A DNA stretch of 64,000 nucleotides from Deltaproteobacteria bacterium (lineage in GTDB: Bacteria > Myxococcota_A > UBA9160 > SMWR01), in NCBI GenBank assembly GCA_032128115.1, contig JAQBHB010000040.1, positions 96,001 through 160,000 of the forward strand, read 5' to 3'. A program made the position numbers and the translations under genes. Every line of letters starts with the position of its first letter. Position 1 is the first letter of the stretch. Of the stretch, positions 9,423-19,209 are shown one piece after another. The notes below the pieces were generated by a model, which was given only the letters and a program-made list of their open reading frames with translations, made no database searches and had not been told where the DNA came from.

Positions 9423-10145
9423 TCACGAGATCGGGAACCCGGGCGGATTGTTGCTGGGAATCCGTTCGTTCACGTATTCCTCGATCTGCTGGGCACTGTT
9501 GCGGTCCAGCGACAGGAATCGCAGGCCCACACCGTAGCGCCCGCTTGCCTCCCCAGGAACATCCCACACCGCCTTGGCCGTGGCCGAGAGGGCGGAGCAG
9601 ATTTCGGGGAGTTGGAAGGCCAGGTGCACCTCGGTGCCCGGCGCGAGATTGCGATCGAGATCCAGATGGATGCCTGCGCGCGAGATGTTTCGGGCGGTGG
9701 CCTCCACATTCTCTTCGCCGACCCGCACGGACACGGCGCCCTCCAGCGGAGCCCGGGGAAAGGCGCGCACCACCGGAGTGCGCAAGAAGCGATTGACGCT
9801 CAGCACCAGGGATCGCTGGTCCAGGGGCTTGGTCAGGATGTCGTCCGCACCGGCCCGAACCGCGCGCTCGCGATCCTCACCCGCATCGCGCCCCAGGATG
9901 AGGATCACGGGGGTGTCTTGCAATCGGGCATCGGCCCGGATCTCCTTGCAAAGGGCGTCGCCGCCCATGTCCGGAAGCTGCATGTCCGCCACCACCACGT
10001 CGGGGAGCTCGATCCTGGCGATCTCGAGGGCCTGGGAGGCATTGGCGGCGGTGATGACCTGGCCCGAGCGGGCCAACAGGAAGCTCTGGAGGTCGCGGAA
10101 CACGGCGTGACCATCGATGACGAGGATCTTGCTCTTCCGCTGCAC
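9423..10145 (-). CDS. Response regulator receiver + PilZ domain protein
   Basis: KILVID...VVADMQLP...LTKP receiver; PilZ motifs RAFPR (RxxxR) and NISRAG (NxSxxG). Confidence 0.88.
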   Translation of the reverse strand: MQRKSKILVIDGHAVFRDLQSFLLARSGQVITAANASQALEIARIELPDVVVADMQLPDMGGDALCKEIRADARLQDTPVILILGRDAGEDRERAVRAGADDILTKPLDQRSLVLSVNRFLRTPVVRAFPRAPLEGAVSVRVGEENVEATARNISRAGIHLDLDRNLAPGTEVHLAFQLPEICSALSATAKAVWDVPGEASGRYGVGLRFLSLDRNSAQQIEEYVNERIPSNNPPGFPIS

Positions 10146-10352
10146 GTTCGGGCTCCATCGCGATCGGGCGAGGCTCCACACCCCCCGGCTCCCTCTCTAT
10201 CGGCCGGAGCGGCTAGAACCGGAGCATTGGCAAGGAAATGGCTGTTTTTACTCAGGAATCCAGGTGTCGCCCTTTGGCCCGCCCCCCCCGGCGCTGCATT
10301 GCTGGCGGGCGCTTGGACTGGCTTTCTGCCGCTCGCTGAACTCGGCGCGGCG

Positions 10353-11279
10353 TCAGTCGGGCGAGGGCAGAAGTTCCGGATTGCGCGCGGCCACCATGCG
10401 CCGGAGCCCATCCCGCCAGTCCACTTGCGTCCTGCCCACGAGCTCGTGCATCCGGCTCACGTCGGCGGGAAGGCCCGCGATGGTGTCCTGGCTGTCCACG
10501 AGTTGGGGCGTGAGCCCGGTGATCTCTCCCAGATGCGTGCACCACTGCTCGAGGCTCACGGTTTCGCTGCCGCCCCAGTTGAGGGTGGTGGCGGGCACAT
10601 CGGCGATCTCCAGCAGCCGTGGGATCTGGGCGATGTAGTCGTCTTCGTGGATCGGATTGAACAGGTTGGGACGATCCGGGTGAACCGGGATCGGCCGTCC
10701 CGCCTTCATCATCAACAGGTGGTACCACGGCCAGCCCCCGTTGTTGCCGTAGGGGACCGAAAGGCGCGTGATGGTGGTGGGCAGATTCCACTGGCGCGCT
10801 GCGAAGCGTGCCACGGATTCCGCGGCCACCTTGCAGAGGCTGTAGGTGGGAAACATGACCCGGTGGTTGTCGCCCAGGGGATCGGTCTCGCGCACGGGCT
10901 TGCCCTCGGCGCTGTGGTAGACGGCGGTGGACGAGCAGAGCAGGAAGCTCTTGGCTCCGCTGCAGTGCGCCATCAGGCGCCCGACCCCTTCGACGTTGGC
11001 CGCCAGGTCGTAATCGAAGTCGCCGCTCTTCACTACGGCGAAGTGCAGCACGCGGGTGTAGTCGCGAGGCAGGTCGTCAAGCGGGTCGCTGGCCAGATCC
11101 AGGGCGACGCAACGCGCGCCAATGGCTTCGACGCGCTCGCGATCCGCCGCCTTGCGGAAGCGTGCGAGCCCGTGCACCTCGTTCTCGCGCGCCAGCTCGC
11201 GCACGATGGGGTAGGCCACCTGGCTGGTAGGGCCCGTGACGAGGATCTTCTCGCCGCGAAGCCCCGCCGCCGGGCTCAC
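10353..11279 (-). CDS. NAD-dependent epimerase/dehydratase (extended SDR)
   Basis: GTG start overlapping the upstream stop (GTGA); KILVTGPTSQVA, SSTAVY, YSLCK (YxxxK), RLSVPYG. Confidence 0.85.
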   Translation of the reverse strand: MSPAAGLRGEKILVTGPTSQVAYPIVRELARENEVHGLARFRKAADRERVEAIGARCVALDLASDPLDDLPRDYTRVLHFAVVKSGDFDYDLAANVEGVGRLMAHCSGAKSFLLCSSTAVYHSAEGKPVRETDPLGDNHRVMFPTYSLCKVAAESVARFAARQWNLPTTITRLSVPYGNNGGWPWYHLLMMKAGRPIPVHPDRPNLFNPIHEDDYIAQIPRLLEIADVPATTLNWGGSETVSLEQWCTHLGEITGLTPQLVDSQDTIAGLPADVSRMHELVGRTQVDWRDGLRRMVAARNPELLPSPD

Positions 11280-12028
11280 GAGAGCGTTCCGCCGTCGACC
11301 CGGATGATCTCGCCGTTGATGTGGGCGCCGTCCCCGGAGGCCAGCATGGCGATCACGCCGGCCACGGTCTCGGGGCCCCGCGCCTTGTCCAGGGCCATGG
11401 CGCGCCGGATCAGGTCGACGTCGAGGTTCGGCGGCAGGCCCGCACCGCCGGAGGTCATGGGGGTCTTGATCGATCCCGGACAGACCGCGTTGGCCCGAAG
11501 TCCCTTCTTGGCGAACTCCACCGCCAACGATCTGGTCAGGCCGATCACGCCGGCCTTCGACGCCCCGTAGGCGGCCCCGTAGGCGAGCCCCGCCAGGGCC
11601 GACGTGGACGAGGTGTTCACGATGTTGCCACCGGATTCCAGCAGGTGGGGCAGGGCCGCCTTGCACATCAGGTAGGTGCCCGTCAGGTTCACGGCCAGGA
11701 TCCGGTTCCAGTCGTCGACGTCGAGCTCGTCGAAATGGTCGAAGCGCAGGATGCCGGCGATGTTGCACAGCACATCGAGTCGGCCGAACCGGTCTACGCA
11801 GGCCTTGACACAGTCGCTGGCCGACTGCGGGTTGCTCACGTCGGAGACGCAGGCCTCGGCCTCTGCGCCCAGCTCCGTAGCGGACTTCACCGTGAGCTGC
11901 AGTTCCTCGACCTGCACATCCGTGCAGAAGACCCGGGCTCCCTCCTCGGCCGTCCGCAGGGCGGTGGCCCGCCCGATCCCCGAGGCGGCGCCGGTGATGA
12001 GCACCACCTTGTCTTCGAATCGCTTCAT
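11276..12028 (-). CDS. Classical SDR oxidoreductase
   Basis: TGAASGIG, NIAG, YGASK, NAVCPG, VDGG. Confidence 0.93.
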   Translation of the reverse strand: MKRFEDKVVLITGAASGIGRATALRTAEEGARVFCTDVQVEELQLTVKSATELGAEAEACVSDVSNPQSASDCVKACVDRFGRLDVLCNIAGILRFDHFDELDVDDWNRILAVNLTGTYLMCKAALPHLLESGGNIVNTSSTSALAGLAYGAAYGASKAGVIGLTRSLAVEFAKKGLRANAVCPGSIKTPMTSGGAGLPPNLDVDLIRRAMALDKARGPETVAGVIAMLASGDGAHINGEIIRVDGGTLS

Positions 12029-12714
12029 CGCGAGGGGCTCCCGGCGGGCGTTGCGCCCAGCTCGCCGGTGACGCCGCCGCTCTCCTCGAGCAATTGGCGC
12101 ATCTCGTTAGCGCGACTGAGGCGCAGCTCGCGCTTGGCATCGCTGTCGCAGAGGCTTCCCAGCACGTCCTCGCCCCAGGTCACGTGTCGGCGCGTCTTGC
12201 GCACGATGTCGTCCAGGAGTTCGATGGTGGGGGCGTCGGCGATCTGGTCGGTGTCGCGCATGCTGCGCTCGTAGACTTCGATCAGGTGCGGCTTCAGCAC
12301 GTCGAAGATCCCCACCAGCTTTTCGATGGTCTCATCCGGCCGCTCGGGCTCGGCCACGGCCTGCACGAACGCGGCGAAGCCCTGATTGGGCGACTCGGAG
12401 GCCTTCACGGCCTTGCGTCCGCAGCGCAGCTCGGGCAAGCGCTTGCCCAACGCGTCGGCGGCCTGGGCGGTCTCCCAGATCACCTTGCCCAGGCCCGTCT
12501 TCACCGGGATCTCGGGAATCGTGGCGAGCCAGCCCCCCAGGGTGAGCATCATCCACTCTTCTGCATAGCGGAAGTTGCGCACGCGCCGGGCCGTGGCTTC
12601 CACGTCCCAGCGGCCATGTAGCTCGCGCAGGTCGGCGGGAATGTCGAAGGCCCCGTAGGGCGCAAAGGTGGTGCGTTCGTCGGGACCGAATCCCGGATAC
12701 ATGCGTTCGCTCAT
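12025..12714 (-). CDS. Hypothetical protein, probable ferritin-like fold with degenerate metal ligands
   Basis: ATG 12714 with a GGAG RBS; four-helix pattern YAEEWMM..GGW...PE..VKTGLG..IWETAQAADALGKRLPEL...DAPTIELLDDIVRKTRRH. Confidence 0.55.
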   Translation of the reverse strand: MSERMYPGFGPDERTTFAPYGAFDIPADLRELHGRWDVEATARRVRNFRYAEEWMMLTLGGWLATIPEIPVKTGLGKVIWETAQAADALGKRLPELRCGRKAVKASESPNQGFAAFVQAVAEPERPDETIEKLVGIFDVLKPHLIEVYERSMRDTDQIADAPTIELLDDIVRKTRRHVTWGEDVLGSLCDSDAKRELRLSRANEMRQLLEESGGVTGELGATPAGSPSR

Positions 12715-12844
12715 GCCGTCTCCGCCTGGGACTCCGGGTCCCGCTTTCGTGTCTGGAATCGTTCGAGAAGAATACGCGCCGCCCATTTTCGTTCGCCGGC
12801 GGCGCGCGGTCAAGGTGGACCTTCCGTGTGCGCCCGATCCCGGC

Positions 12845-14158
12845 TCAGAAGTACCAGGCCAGGCGCAGCTGGATGTAGTCGTCCTGGGCGAAGCTCGAGT
12901 AGGGGTCCTGCTGGGGCAGGGGCGCCGTGGGGTCGAAGGGATCGAGGAACGTGAACAGGCGCATCTCGAACTCCAGCACCCAGCTTCCGTAGAGGCGCCG
13001 GCTGGCCTCCACGTTCCAGAAGGTGACGCCCGTGCGCACGTCCACCACCGCCCCCGCCAGCATCTGGGTGCTCTCTGCATCGTTCAGGGTCAGGCGGAAG
13101 CCCGCAAAGATGTCCCGGTCGAAGGGCGAGAAGGGCTGGTCGACGGAGGCGTCGTCGAAGTGGAATTCGGCGAGCAACCCCAGATCGGCGTCGGTGCCCG
13201 CGATCCCCACGAAGGTGTATTCGAATCCCACGGCAAAGGCAGGACGATACGAGCCCTGACCGCTGCGGCCGATCGCCTCGAGCTTGAGCAGCAGGGCGTC
13301 GCCGGTGTACTGCAGCTCGAAGCCCGTCTGGTTGATGATGTCGTACTGGGGCACGAGCATGGTCGTCAGGGGATCGAAGACCAGCAGCGGGTCCCGGCTC
13401 GTGCCCCAGAAGTTCGAGAGGCCTACGTCCCATTTGCCGAAGGTCTGTGTCCAGCGAGCCGCGAGGTCGATGTGGCCCTGTTCCATGGACGATTCGTAGG
13501 CCGCGTGGGACTGGTCGATCAGGAGCGGCGTTCGCAGGCGTCCGTGCTTGCGGGAGAACTCGCGCTCGCGAAACCCCGGCAACACGAAGCCCTCCAGCAC
13601 CCCCCAGTCGCGGATCAGCGTGGCGTGGATCATGGGCTGGCCCAGCTTGTCTTCGCCGTCCAGGTTCTCGAGGCCGTCGTCCTGGTTGATGATGTCCACC
13701 AGGTGCTGGGATTCGATCACGCCCCAGAAGACCTTGGCGAAGCCGATGCGGACCTCCCAGTCGTTGCCCACGTGCAGGTAGTTGAGCTCGCGGATGTCGA
13801 AGTGGCTGCGCCCGGATTCCAGGGGGTTGAGGCGGGCGAACGGCACGAACAGGAACGCGTCGCTGCCATCGTTCCAATCCAGGTACCACTCGGGCTCGGC
13901 CAGGAAGCTGATGGCATCGGGCTGGTTGCGTTGCTGGGTGAACTGCGGGTCCTGGAGGAAGATGCGCGTGTCGGCGGCGATGTATCCGGAGAGCTCTCCC
14001 GGAAGCTTCCAGTCCGGGAGGTTCCAGTCGGGAAGCTTCCAGTCGGGAAGGGGAAGCCAGCCGGCCGGCTCCGCGGCGCCGGCCGGCGTCGCTGCCACGA
14101 CCAGGGCCACGACCGCCGCCGCTGCCAGTCGGCGCCCCCGGTGCTGGGGCATGGGCAA
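12845..14158 (-). CDS. Putative outer-membrane beta-barrel protein
   Basis: Signal peptide, alternating beta-strand pattern (DIRELNY, VFWGVIES), C-terminal aromatic beta-signal LRLAWYF; downstream of the RND and LolA-like genes. Confidence 0.75.
   Translation of the reverse strand: MPMPQHRGRRLAAAAVVALVVAATPAGAAEPAGWLPLPDWKLPDWNLPDWKLPGELSGYIAADTRIFLQDPQFTQQRNQPDAISFLAEPEWYLDWNDGSDAFLFVPFARLNPLESGRSHFDIRELNYLHVGNDWEVRIGFAKVFWGVIESQHLVDIINQDDGLENLDGEDKLGQPMIHATLIRDWGVLEGFVLPGFREREFSRKHGRLRTPLLIDQSHAAYESSMEQGHIDLAARWTQTFGKWDVGLSNFWGTSRDPLLVFDPLTTMLVPQYDIINQTGFELQYTGDALLLKLEAIGRSGQGSYRPAFAVGFEYTFVGIAGTDADLGLLAEFHFDDASVDQPFSPFDRDIFAGFRLTLNDAESTQMLAGAVVDVRTGVTFWNVEASRRLYGSWVLEFEMRLFTFLDPFDPTAPLPQQDPYSSFAQDDYIQLRLAWYF
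14001..14050. repeat. In-frame 15-bp repeat encoding LPDWK/LPDWN x3 after the signal peptide
   Basis: ggaagcttccagtcc / gggaggttccagtcg / ggaagcttccagtcg. Confidence 0.85.
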
Positions 14159-14164
14159 CCCCCG

Positions 14165-14971
14165 TCAGCGGACGCGCTTCAGGCTGTTCGTGGTGAAGGC
14201 CGATTCGTCCAGCCCATTGCGAAACGCGTAGTCGCTCCAGACCAGGCGCGTGGTCTTCCCGGTCTGGTGATTCTCCATGAACAGGTCATGGGCACGCCAG
14301 TATTGATCCAGGTACTCGCGATAGTCGGTCAGCAGCATGGTCTTGCGATGGTCGTCCTTGCGGTCGTAGAACTCGATCTTGTGGACGCGGTATTCGTCCG
14401 TGTCGATCCAGACGATCTGGCGCGTGTAGCCCGAGTGCGGGTAGTTGGGCACGCGCTCGATGACGAAACATTTCAGGTCGCCGCAGGGTTCGTCGCGAAG
14501 CCAGCGGTAGTCGTACTTGGCCACCTCCTGGGACGAGAAGTCCTCGTACGCGAACTCGCTGCCCATGAAGGGCCCGCTCTTGTTGTTGGAGCTGATGCGC
14601 TTGACACGCTTCAGGGCCGGCAGGTACAGCCACTGGTCGTCCGGATCCGTGATGTGGGTGTAGGTGAGCAGACCGGTCCCCTTCACGTCGCGCGGTCGGT
14701 CGAAGACGATCAGGCTCCAGTCGCCCTCGTCCGGATCGGGCACTTCGAGGGAGCTGATGCGAAGCTCGCGGTCGCTGGTTTCACCGTGCTGGTTGGACAG
14801 GACCATTTTCAGCTCGGCGCTCGAATCTCCCCAACCCTGATCGCGGCGGTCGGCCTCCTGGGCGATGGCCAGCCCCTTCTCTTGTGGGGTCTCGGCCGGG
14901 CTGGTTGCCGGCGCAAGCAGGCACGCCGCCAGCGCCATCGGGATCGTCCACCACGGGATCGCGTGCTTCAT
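14165..14971 (-). CDS. Outer-membrane lipoprotein-sorting (LolA-like) protein
   Basis: Signal peptide MKHAIPWW...; PRDVKGTGLL, DDQWLYLPALKRVKRISS, FMGSEFAYED are family motifs; ATGA overlap. Confidence 0.88.
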   Translation of the reverse strand: MKHAIPWWTIPMALAACLLAPATSPAETPQEKGLAIAQEADRRDQGWGDSSAELKMVLSNQHGETSDRELRISSLEVPDPDEGDWSLIVFDRPRDVKGTGLLTYTHITDPDDQWLYLPALKRVKRISSNNKSGPFMGSEFAYEDFSSQEVAKYDYRWLRDEPCGDLKCFVIERVPNYPHSGYTRQIVWIDTDEYRVHKIEFYDRKDDHRKTMLLTDYREYLDQYWRAHDLFMENHQTGKTTRLVWSDYAFRNGLDESAFTTNSLKRVR

Positions 14972-17274
14972 CGCGGGAACTCCTTGGAGCTGTCGAAGAC
15001 CATCAGCAGGGGCGGGAGCAGCAGGAAGTCGGCTGCCAGGGCGCAGACGATCGCGAGCGCCGTGAGCATGCCCAGGGTGGCGTTGGGCCAGAAGGCGCTC
15101 ATGGACAGGGCGGCGAAGCCGAGTACCAGGATGGCAGACGTGGCCGCCAGGGCCATGCCCACGGTGCGGAATGCGTAGCGCACCGAATCCTCGGGTGAGA
15201 GGCCCTGTTCGCGCCGCGCCCGCAGATACTTGGAGAGGAAGTGGATCGTGTCGTCGACGATGATTCCGATGCTCACGCCCGCCACGATCGAGATCGCGAA
15301 GCCCACCTCGCCCCAGACCAGGGCCCAGATGCCGAAGGCCATGACGGCCGGCACCAGGTTGGGGATGATGCTCACGAGACCGAGCTTGAGGCTCCGCAGC
15401 GAGATGATCAGCACGATCGTGATCAGGCCGAAGGCGAGGGCGGTGCCTCGGATCATGGCGAAGATGTTGCGCTCGGCGATGTAGGCGAACATCACGGCTG
15501 GGCTGGCCGGCTCGCCCGCCATGGACGGCAGGCCGTTGTCGCGCAACCACTGCTCCGATTGGGTCTTGATCGCCTTCACGATCTTGAAGTCCACGTCACC
15601 GAAGGTCACGTCCATGCGCGTGGCGCTCTTGTCCACGTTGATCTGGTCGCTCAGGTCGAGCCCGTAGGGCAGGGACATCTCGTAGAGCAGCAGGTATTGG
15701 GCCGAGAGTTCGCGATCTTCGGGCAGGCGGTACCAGGCCGGATCATCCCCGTGCATGTTCTTGTTGAGCCGCTTCATGGTGTCGGTAAGGCTCACCACGT
15801 GGACGATCTCTTCATGATCCCGGAGCCAGCCGGCAAAGGCCTCGAGGCGGGCCAGATACTCCGGGTCGTTGATGCCGCTGGACTCCCCGGCGCCCAGCGA
15901 GTAGCTGAAGCCGTAGATTCCCGTCAGGTGTTCCATGGCGTAGTCCGCGTCGCGCCGGAACTGGATGCTGTCATCGAAATACTCGATGGGGCGGTCGTTG
16001 ATCTCGAACAGGGGGATCGAGGCGCCGAGTGCGACGACGAGGCCGCTCATGCCCCAGAGCAGGGATCGGCGCTTTGCGATCACGAAGTCGGCCAGGCGCT
16101 CCATGGCGGCAGTGCCGCTGGATGCTGGGAGCCGGGTTCGCATGGGCAGGATCGAGACGAGGGCCGGCAACAGCAGCACCGCGTAGAGCCACGCCGCGGT
16201 CACCCCGATGGAGGTGAGATTGCCCATGTCTCGCAGGGGCGGTGCGTCGCTGAAGTTGAGGCTCAGGAAGCCGATCACCGTGGTCAGGCTCGTCAGGAAG
16301 ACCGGTTCGGCGTTGATGCGCATGCTCTCGACCAGGGCGTCGTTTCGGCTCACACCGCGCCGCATCTGATCGAACAGGGTCACCAGGATGTGGACCGAGT
16401 CGGCGACCGCCAGGGTCAGGATGATGGTGGGGGAGGTGGCGCTCACGCCGTTCAGCTTGTACCCGAGCCATCCGGCGCAACCCATTGCAGTCGCTCCGGA
16501 AACGGCAACGATGATGACCGTGACGGCCATCCCGCTCAGAGAGCGCAGGAAGGCCAGCATCGCCACGACCAACACGCCGTACATGAGCGGAACCAGCAAC
16601 GACACGTCGGCCTGGGGAGCCTCGGCGAAGGCCAGCGAGAGCATGGCCGAGCCGCTCAAGGCGATGTGCCAGTCCGGGTGACGCTGGGATAGCTCGTCTG
16701 CGATGCCGCGCGCGAAGTTGGCGGCCTCGGGTAGTTCGGTGAGCGACTTGCCCGGTGGCTGGAGGGTCACGTTGACGCCCGTGGTGGTGTGGGCATCGTT
16801 GATCATGCGTGTTCGCAGCAGGGGTTCACTGCGCACCACGGCCCGGATCTCGTCGAGCTGGTCGCTGTCCAGCGCCGAGGCATCCGGCACCAGGTCGGCG
16901 ACCGTGAGGTCGTCGGCCTCGGCACGGGTGTGCTGGAAGTTCGTGATCGAATCGACGCGAAGCGAGTAGGGGATCTGCCAGGCGGCTTCCGTGAGCCTCT
17001 TGATTTCGGTGAGAACCTGGGGATCGATCACGTCGCCGCCGGGCGTGATCACGAACTGGATGCTGTCCTTCTTGCTGTAGATCCGCTCCAGAGCCTCGAA
17101 GGCCCGGAGTTGTGGGTTCTCATGGCTGAAGAAGACCCGGTAATCATTGCTGAACGCCAGGTTTCGGGCGCCAGAGCCGATGCCGGCGACCGTGAGCAGG
17201 ACAGCAGACACCACCAGCCAGCGCCAGCGAATCACCCACCGCGTGTAGGAGGCGACAAAGTTTTCGGTGTCCAT
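14968..17274 (-). CDS. MMPL/RND (HAE3-like) family transporter
   Basis: Two-repeat RND topology with LAVADSVH, TSLTTVIGFLSL and GIIVDDTIHFL; start MDTENF at 17274. Confidence 0.92.
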   Translation of the reverse strand: MDTENFVASYTRWVIRWRWLVVSAVLLTVAGIGSGARNLAFSNDYRVFFSHENPQLRAFEALERIYSKKDSIQFVITPGGDVIDPQVLTEIKRLTEAAWQIPYSLRVDSITNFQHTRAEADDLTVADLVPDASALDSDQLDEIRAVVRSEPLLRTRMINDAHTTTGVNVTLQPPGKSLTELPEAANFARGIADELSQRHPDWHIALSGSAMLSLAFAEAPQADVSLLVPLMYGVLVVAMLAFLRSLSGMAVTVIIVAVSGATAMGCAGWLGYKLNGVSATSPTIILTLAVADSVHILVTLFDQMRRGVSRNDALVESMRINAEPVFLTSLTTVIGFLSLNFSDAPPLRDMGNLTSIGVTAAWLYAVLLLPALVSILPMRTRLPASSGTAAMERLADFVIAKRRSLLWGMSGLVVALGASIPLFEINDRPIEYFDDSIQFRRDADYAMEHLTGIYGFSYSLGAGESSGINDPEYLARLEAFAGWLRDHEEIVHVVSLTDTMKRLNKNMHGDDPAWYRLPEDRELSAQYLLLYEMSLPYGLDLSDQINVDKSATRMDVTFGDVDFKIVKAIKTQSEQWLRDNGLPSMAGEPASPAVMFAYIAERNIFAMIRGTALAFGLITIVLIISLRSLKLGLVSIIPNLVPAVMAFGIWALVWGEVGFAISIVAGVSIGIIVDDTIHFLSKYLRARREQGLSPEDSVRYAFRTVGMALAATSAILVLGFAALSMSAFWPNATLGMLTALAIVCALAADFLLLPPLLMVFDSSKEFPR

Positions 17275-17287
17275 GGGCCGCCCCGAA

Positions 17288-17312
17288 CACGGTCCGGAAC
17301 CACGGTCCGGAA
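17288..17312. repeat. 13-bp-period duplication upstream of the RND start
   Basis: cacggtccggaa at 17288-17299 and 17301-17312. Confidence 0.8.
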
Positions 17313-17396
17313 GCGGGCTCGGGCAGGATCTCCTCGCCGGCGGCCCGCGCGCTCCGCCTGCCGGCCATCGCGGGCGCCCGAGTATACTGCGGCCCG

Positions 17397-19148
17397 ATGT
17401 CGTATTGCAGGTTTTCGGATCGATGGGCGTCCGCGCTGTTCGCGTCCGTGGTCGCGCTCGTGGCGAGCGGAGCCTGGGCCGAGGCCGAGGTCTCGCGCCC
17501 CGGCGTGCTTCGAGGCGTGGCCTATGACCCGGAGTCATCCGCGGGCGCCGATCCGGCTCGGACCCTCGATCTCTTCCTTCCCGAGCAAGCCGCTGCGGCG
17601 CCCCCGCTGGTGGCCTTTGTTCACAGCCAGTTCTGGACCCGAAACGACGGCGGGCGTGATCTCGAGGCCCACTTTGCACGGGCGCTCCAGGCCGAGGGCG
17701 CGGCCGTTGCGGTGATTCGCCATCGCCTCTCGCCTGCTCACGAGCACCCGGTTCACGCAGAGGACGTGGCCGCCGCGCTGGCGTTCCTCGCGAAGGGCGC
17801 GCCTCGCTACGCCTACGACCCGGGGCGCATCTACTTGGCCGGCCATTCCTCGGGGGGCCACCTGGCGGCGTTGCTGGCGCTCGACCCGTCCTATCTGGAG
17901 GCCCACGGCATGAGGCCCGACCAGATTGCGGGCGTGATTGGCATCAGTGGCATCTACGATCTGGACCCGGATCGAGAACTCGCCGAAGAGGAGCGCGATC
18001 TCTACCGCCAGGCGTTCGGGCGTCGCGGTCGACGTCGGGCCGCATCGCCGGCGCGCATGCCGCGCGCAGACGCTCCTCCGTTCCTGGTGCTGACCGCGGC
18101 CCAGGACATTCCCGGCCTGCATCGCGACGGCATGGAGTTCACCGAGAAGCTGCGCGCTGCGGGCCACCAGAACGCCGAGACCTTCATGATCGTGGGACGC
18201 GACCACCTGTCGGTGCTGTGGGTCGATGACCTCCGCAACGCCGCCCGCGGTCACCTGCTGAGCTTCATCGGGCTCGGGCCCCTGTCCGACGTGCTCTCGG
18301 ATCTGTACGCCGCCCGCAAGTACTGGCGCAAACCGACGACTTCGACACTTCCCTTCTGGAAGGGCAAGCCGCGGCCACGGTCCCACGACGTGGACGAGCG
18401 CTTCACCCGCCAGCTCGGTCTTCCCTTTGCCGCCGCCGGAAGAGCGTCGCCCCTGGAGGCCGCCGAGAGTTATCACGCCATCGATCTGTTCGAATACCTC
18501 GAGGCTCGCGATCCCGAGGCCCTGGCCCGAGCCAGCCACCTGATCCTGACCAACGCGCGCGGCGAGCAGCGGGTGTGGGCCCTGGAGGCGATCCGACCCT
18601 ACGAGCCCGTGATCGTGGTCGGTGTCGACGACGAGAAGGATCTGTTCCGCATTCTCGACGTCTATCACACCGAGCGCGAGTACTCGTGGACCGATGAGAC
18701 GCCCGAGCAGCGCATCATGGCCCGCCCCCTGGGTGGCTTCATCCACTTCCTGCAGCCGCCGCCCGCGGAGCTCGAGCGCCAGCAAGCGGGACGCTTCGCC
18801 CTCACCCCCGAGAGCTTCCGACTTTCCGGCGCCGATCCCCTGGGGCCGATTCGCGACCTTCCGGATCCGCTGCGATCCGTACTGGTGCGCGAGGAGTCCT
18901 GTCTCTCGTGTCACAGCTTCCGCGCAGTGGGCGGGAAGGGGGGCCACCTGCGGGCTCGCGACGGTGCGCTCGTGGGCGGCTTCGGTCTGCCCCTGGAGTC
19001 GTACGCCCCGGAGGTATGGCGCCGATACCTCGAGGAGCCCGACGCGCTGATGCGCGCGATCGGCGCGCCGCACGTGGTCGTGGAGGGCGAGGCCGCAGAG
19101 GCCCTGGGTGATCTGATCCCGAACGAGGGGGTTCCTGGCCAGCCTTGA
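17397..19148 (+). CDS. Secreted alpha/beta hydrolase fused to a C-terminal c-type cytochrome domain
   Basis: Signal peptide; LDLFLP, HPVHAEDVAAA, GHSSGG nucleophile, GISGIYDL, PPFL..AAQD, DH; C-terminal CLSCH heme c motif. Confidence 0.78.
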   Translation: MSYCRFSDRWASALFASVVALVASGAWAEAEVSRPGVLRGVAYDPESSAGADPARTLDLFLPEQAAAAPPLVAFVHSQFWTRNDGGRDLEAHFARALQAEGAAVAVIRHRLSPAHEHPVHAEDVAAALAFLAKGAPRYAYDPGRIYLAGHSSGGHLAALLALDPSYLEAHGMRPDQIAGVIGISGIYDLDPDRELAEEERDLYRQAFGRRGRRRAASPARMPRADAPPFLVLTAAQDIPGLHRDGMEFTEKLRAAGHQNAETFMIVGRDHLSVLWVDDLRNAARGHLLSFIGLGPLSDVLSDLYAARKYWRKPTTSTLPFWKGKPRPRSHDVDERFTRQLGLPFAAAGRASPLEAAESYHAIDLFEYLEARDPEALARASHLILTNARGEQRVWALEAIRPYEPVIVVGVDDEKDLFRILDVYHTEREYSWTDETPEQRIMARPLGGFIHFLQPPPAELERQQAGRFALTPESFRLSGADPLGPIRDLPDPLRSVLVREESCLSCHSFRAVGGKGGHLRARDGALVGGFGLPLESYAPEVWRRYLEEPDALMRAIGAPHVVVEGEAAEALGDLIPNEGVPGQP

Positions 19149-19209
19149 GAGGACCGGCGCGAGAGAGTGCGCAGGGGCGCGTGTGATAGCCTCGGCGCCC
19201 GGAGGTTCC

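Noticed and set aside
10228..10243. sigma54-like TGGCAA-GGAAA-TGGCT
   Set aside because: Weak match and points into the 3' end of an opposite-strand gene with no downstream target.
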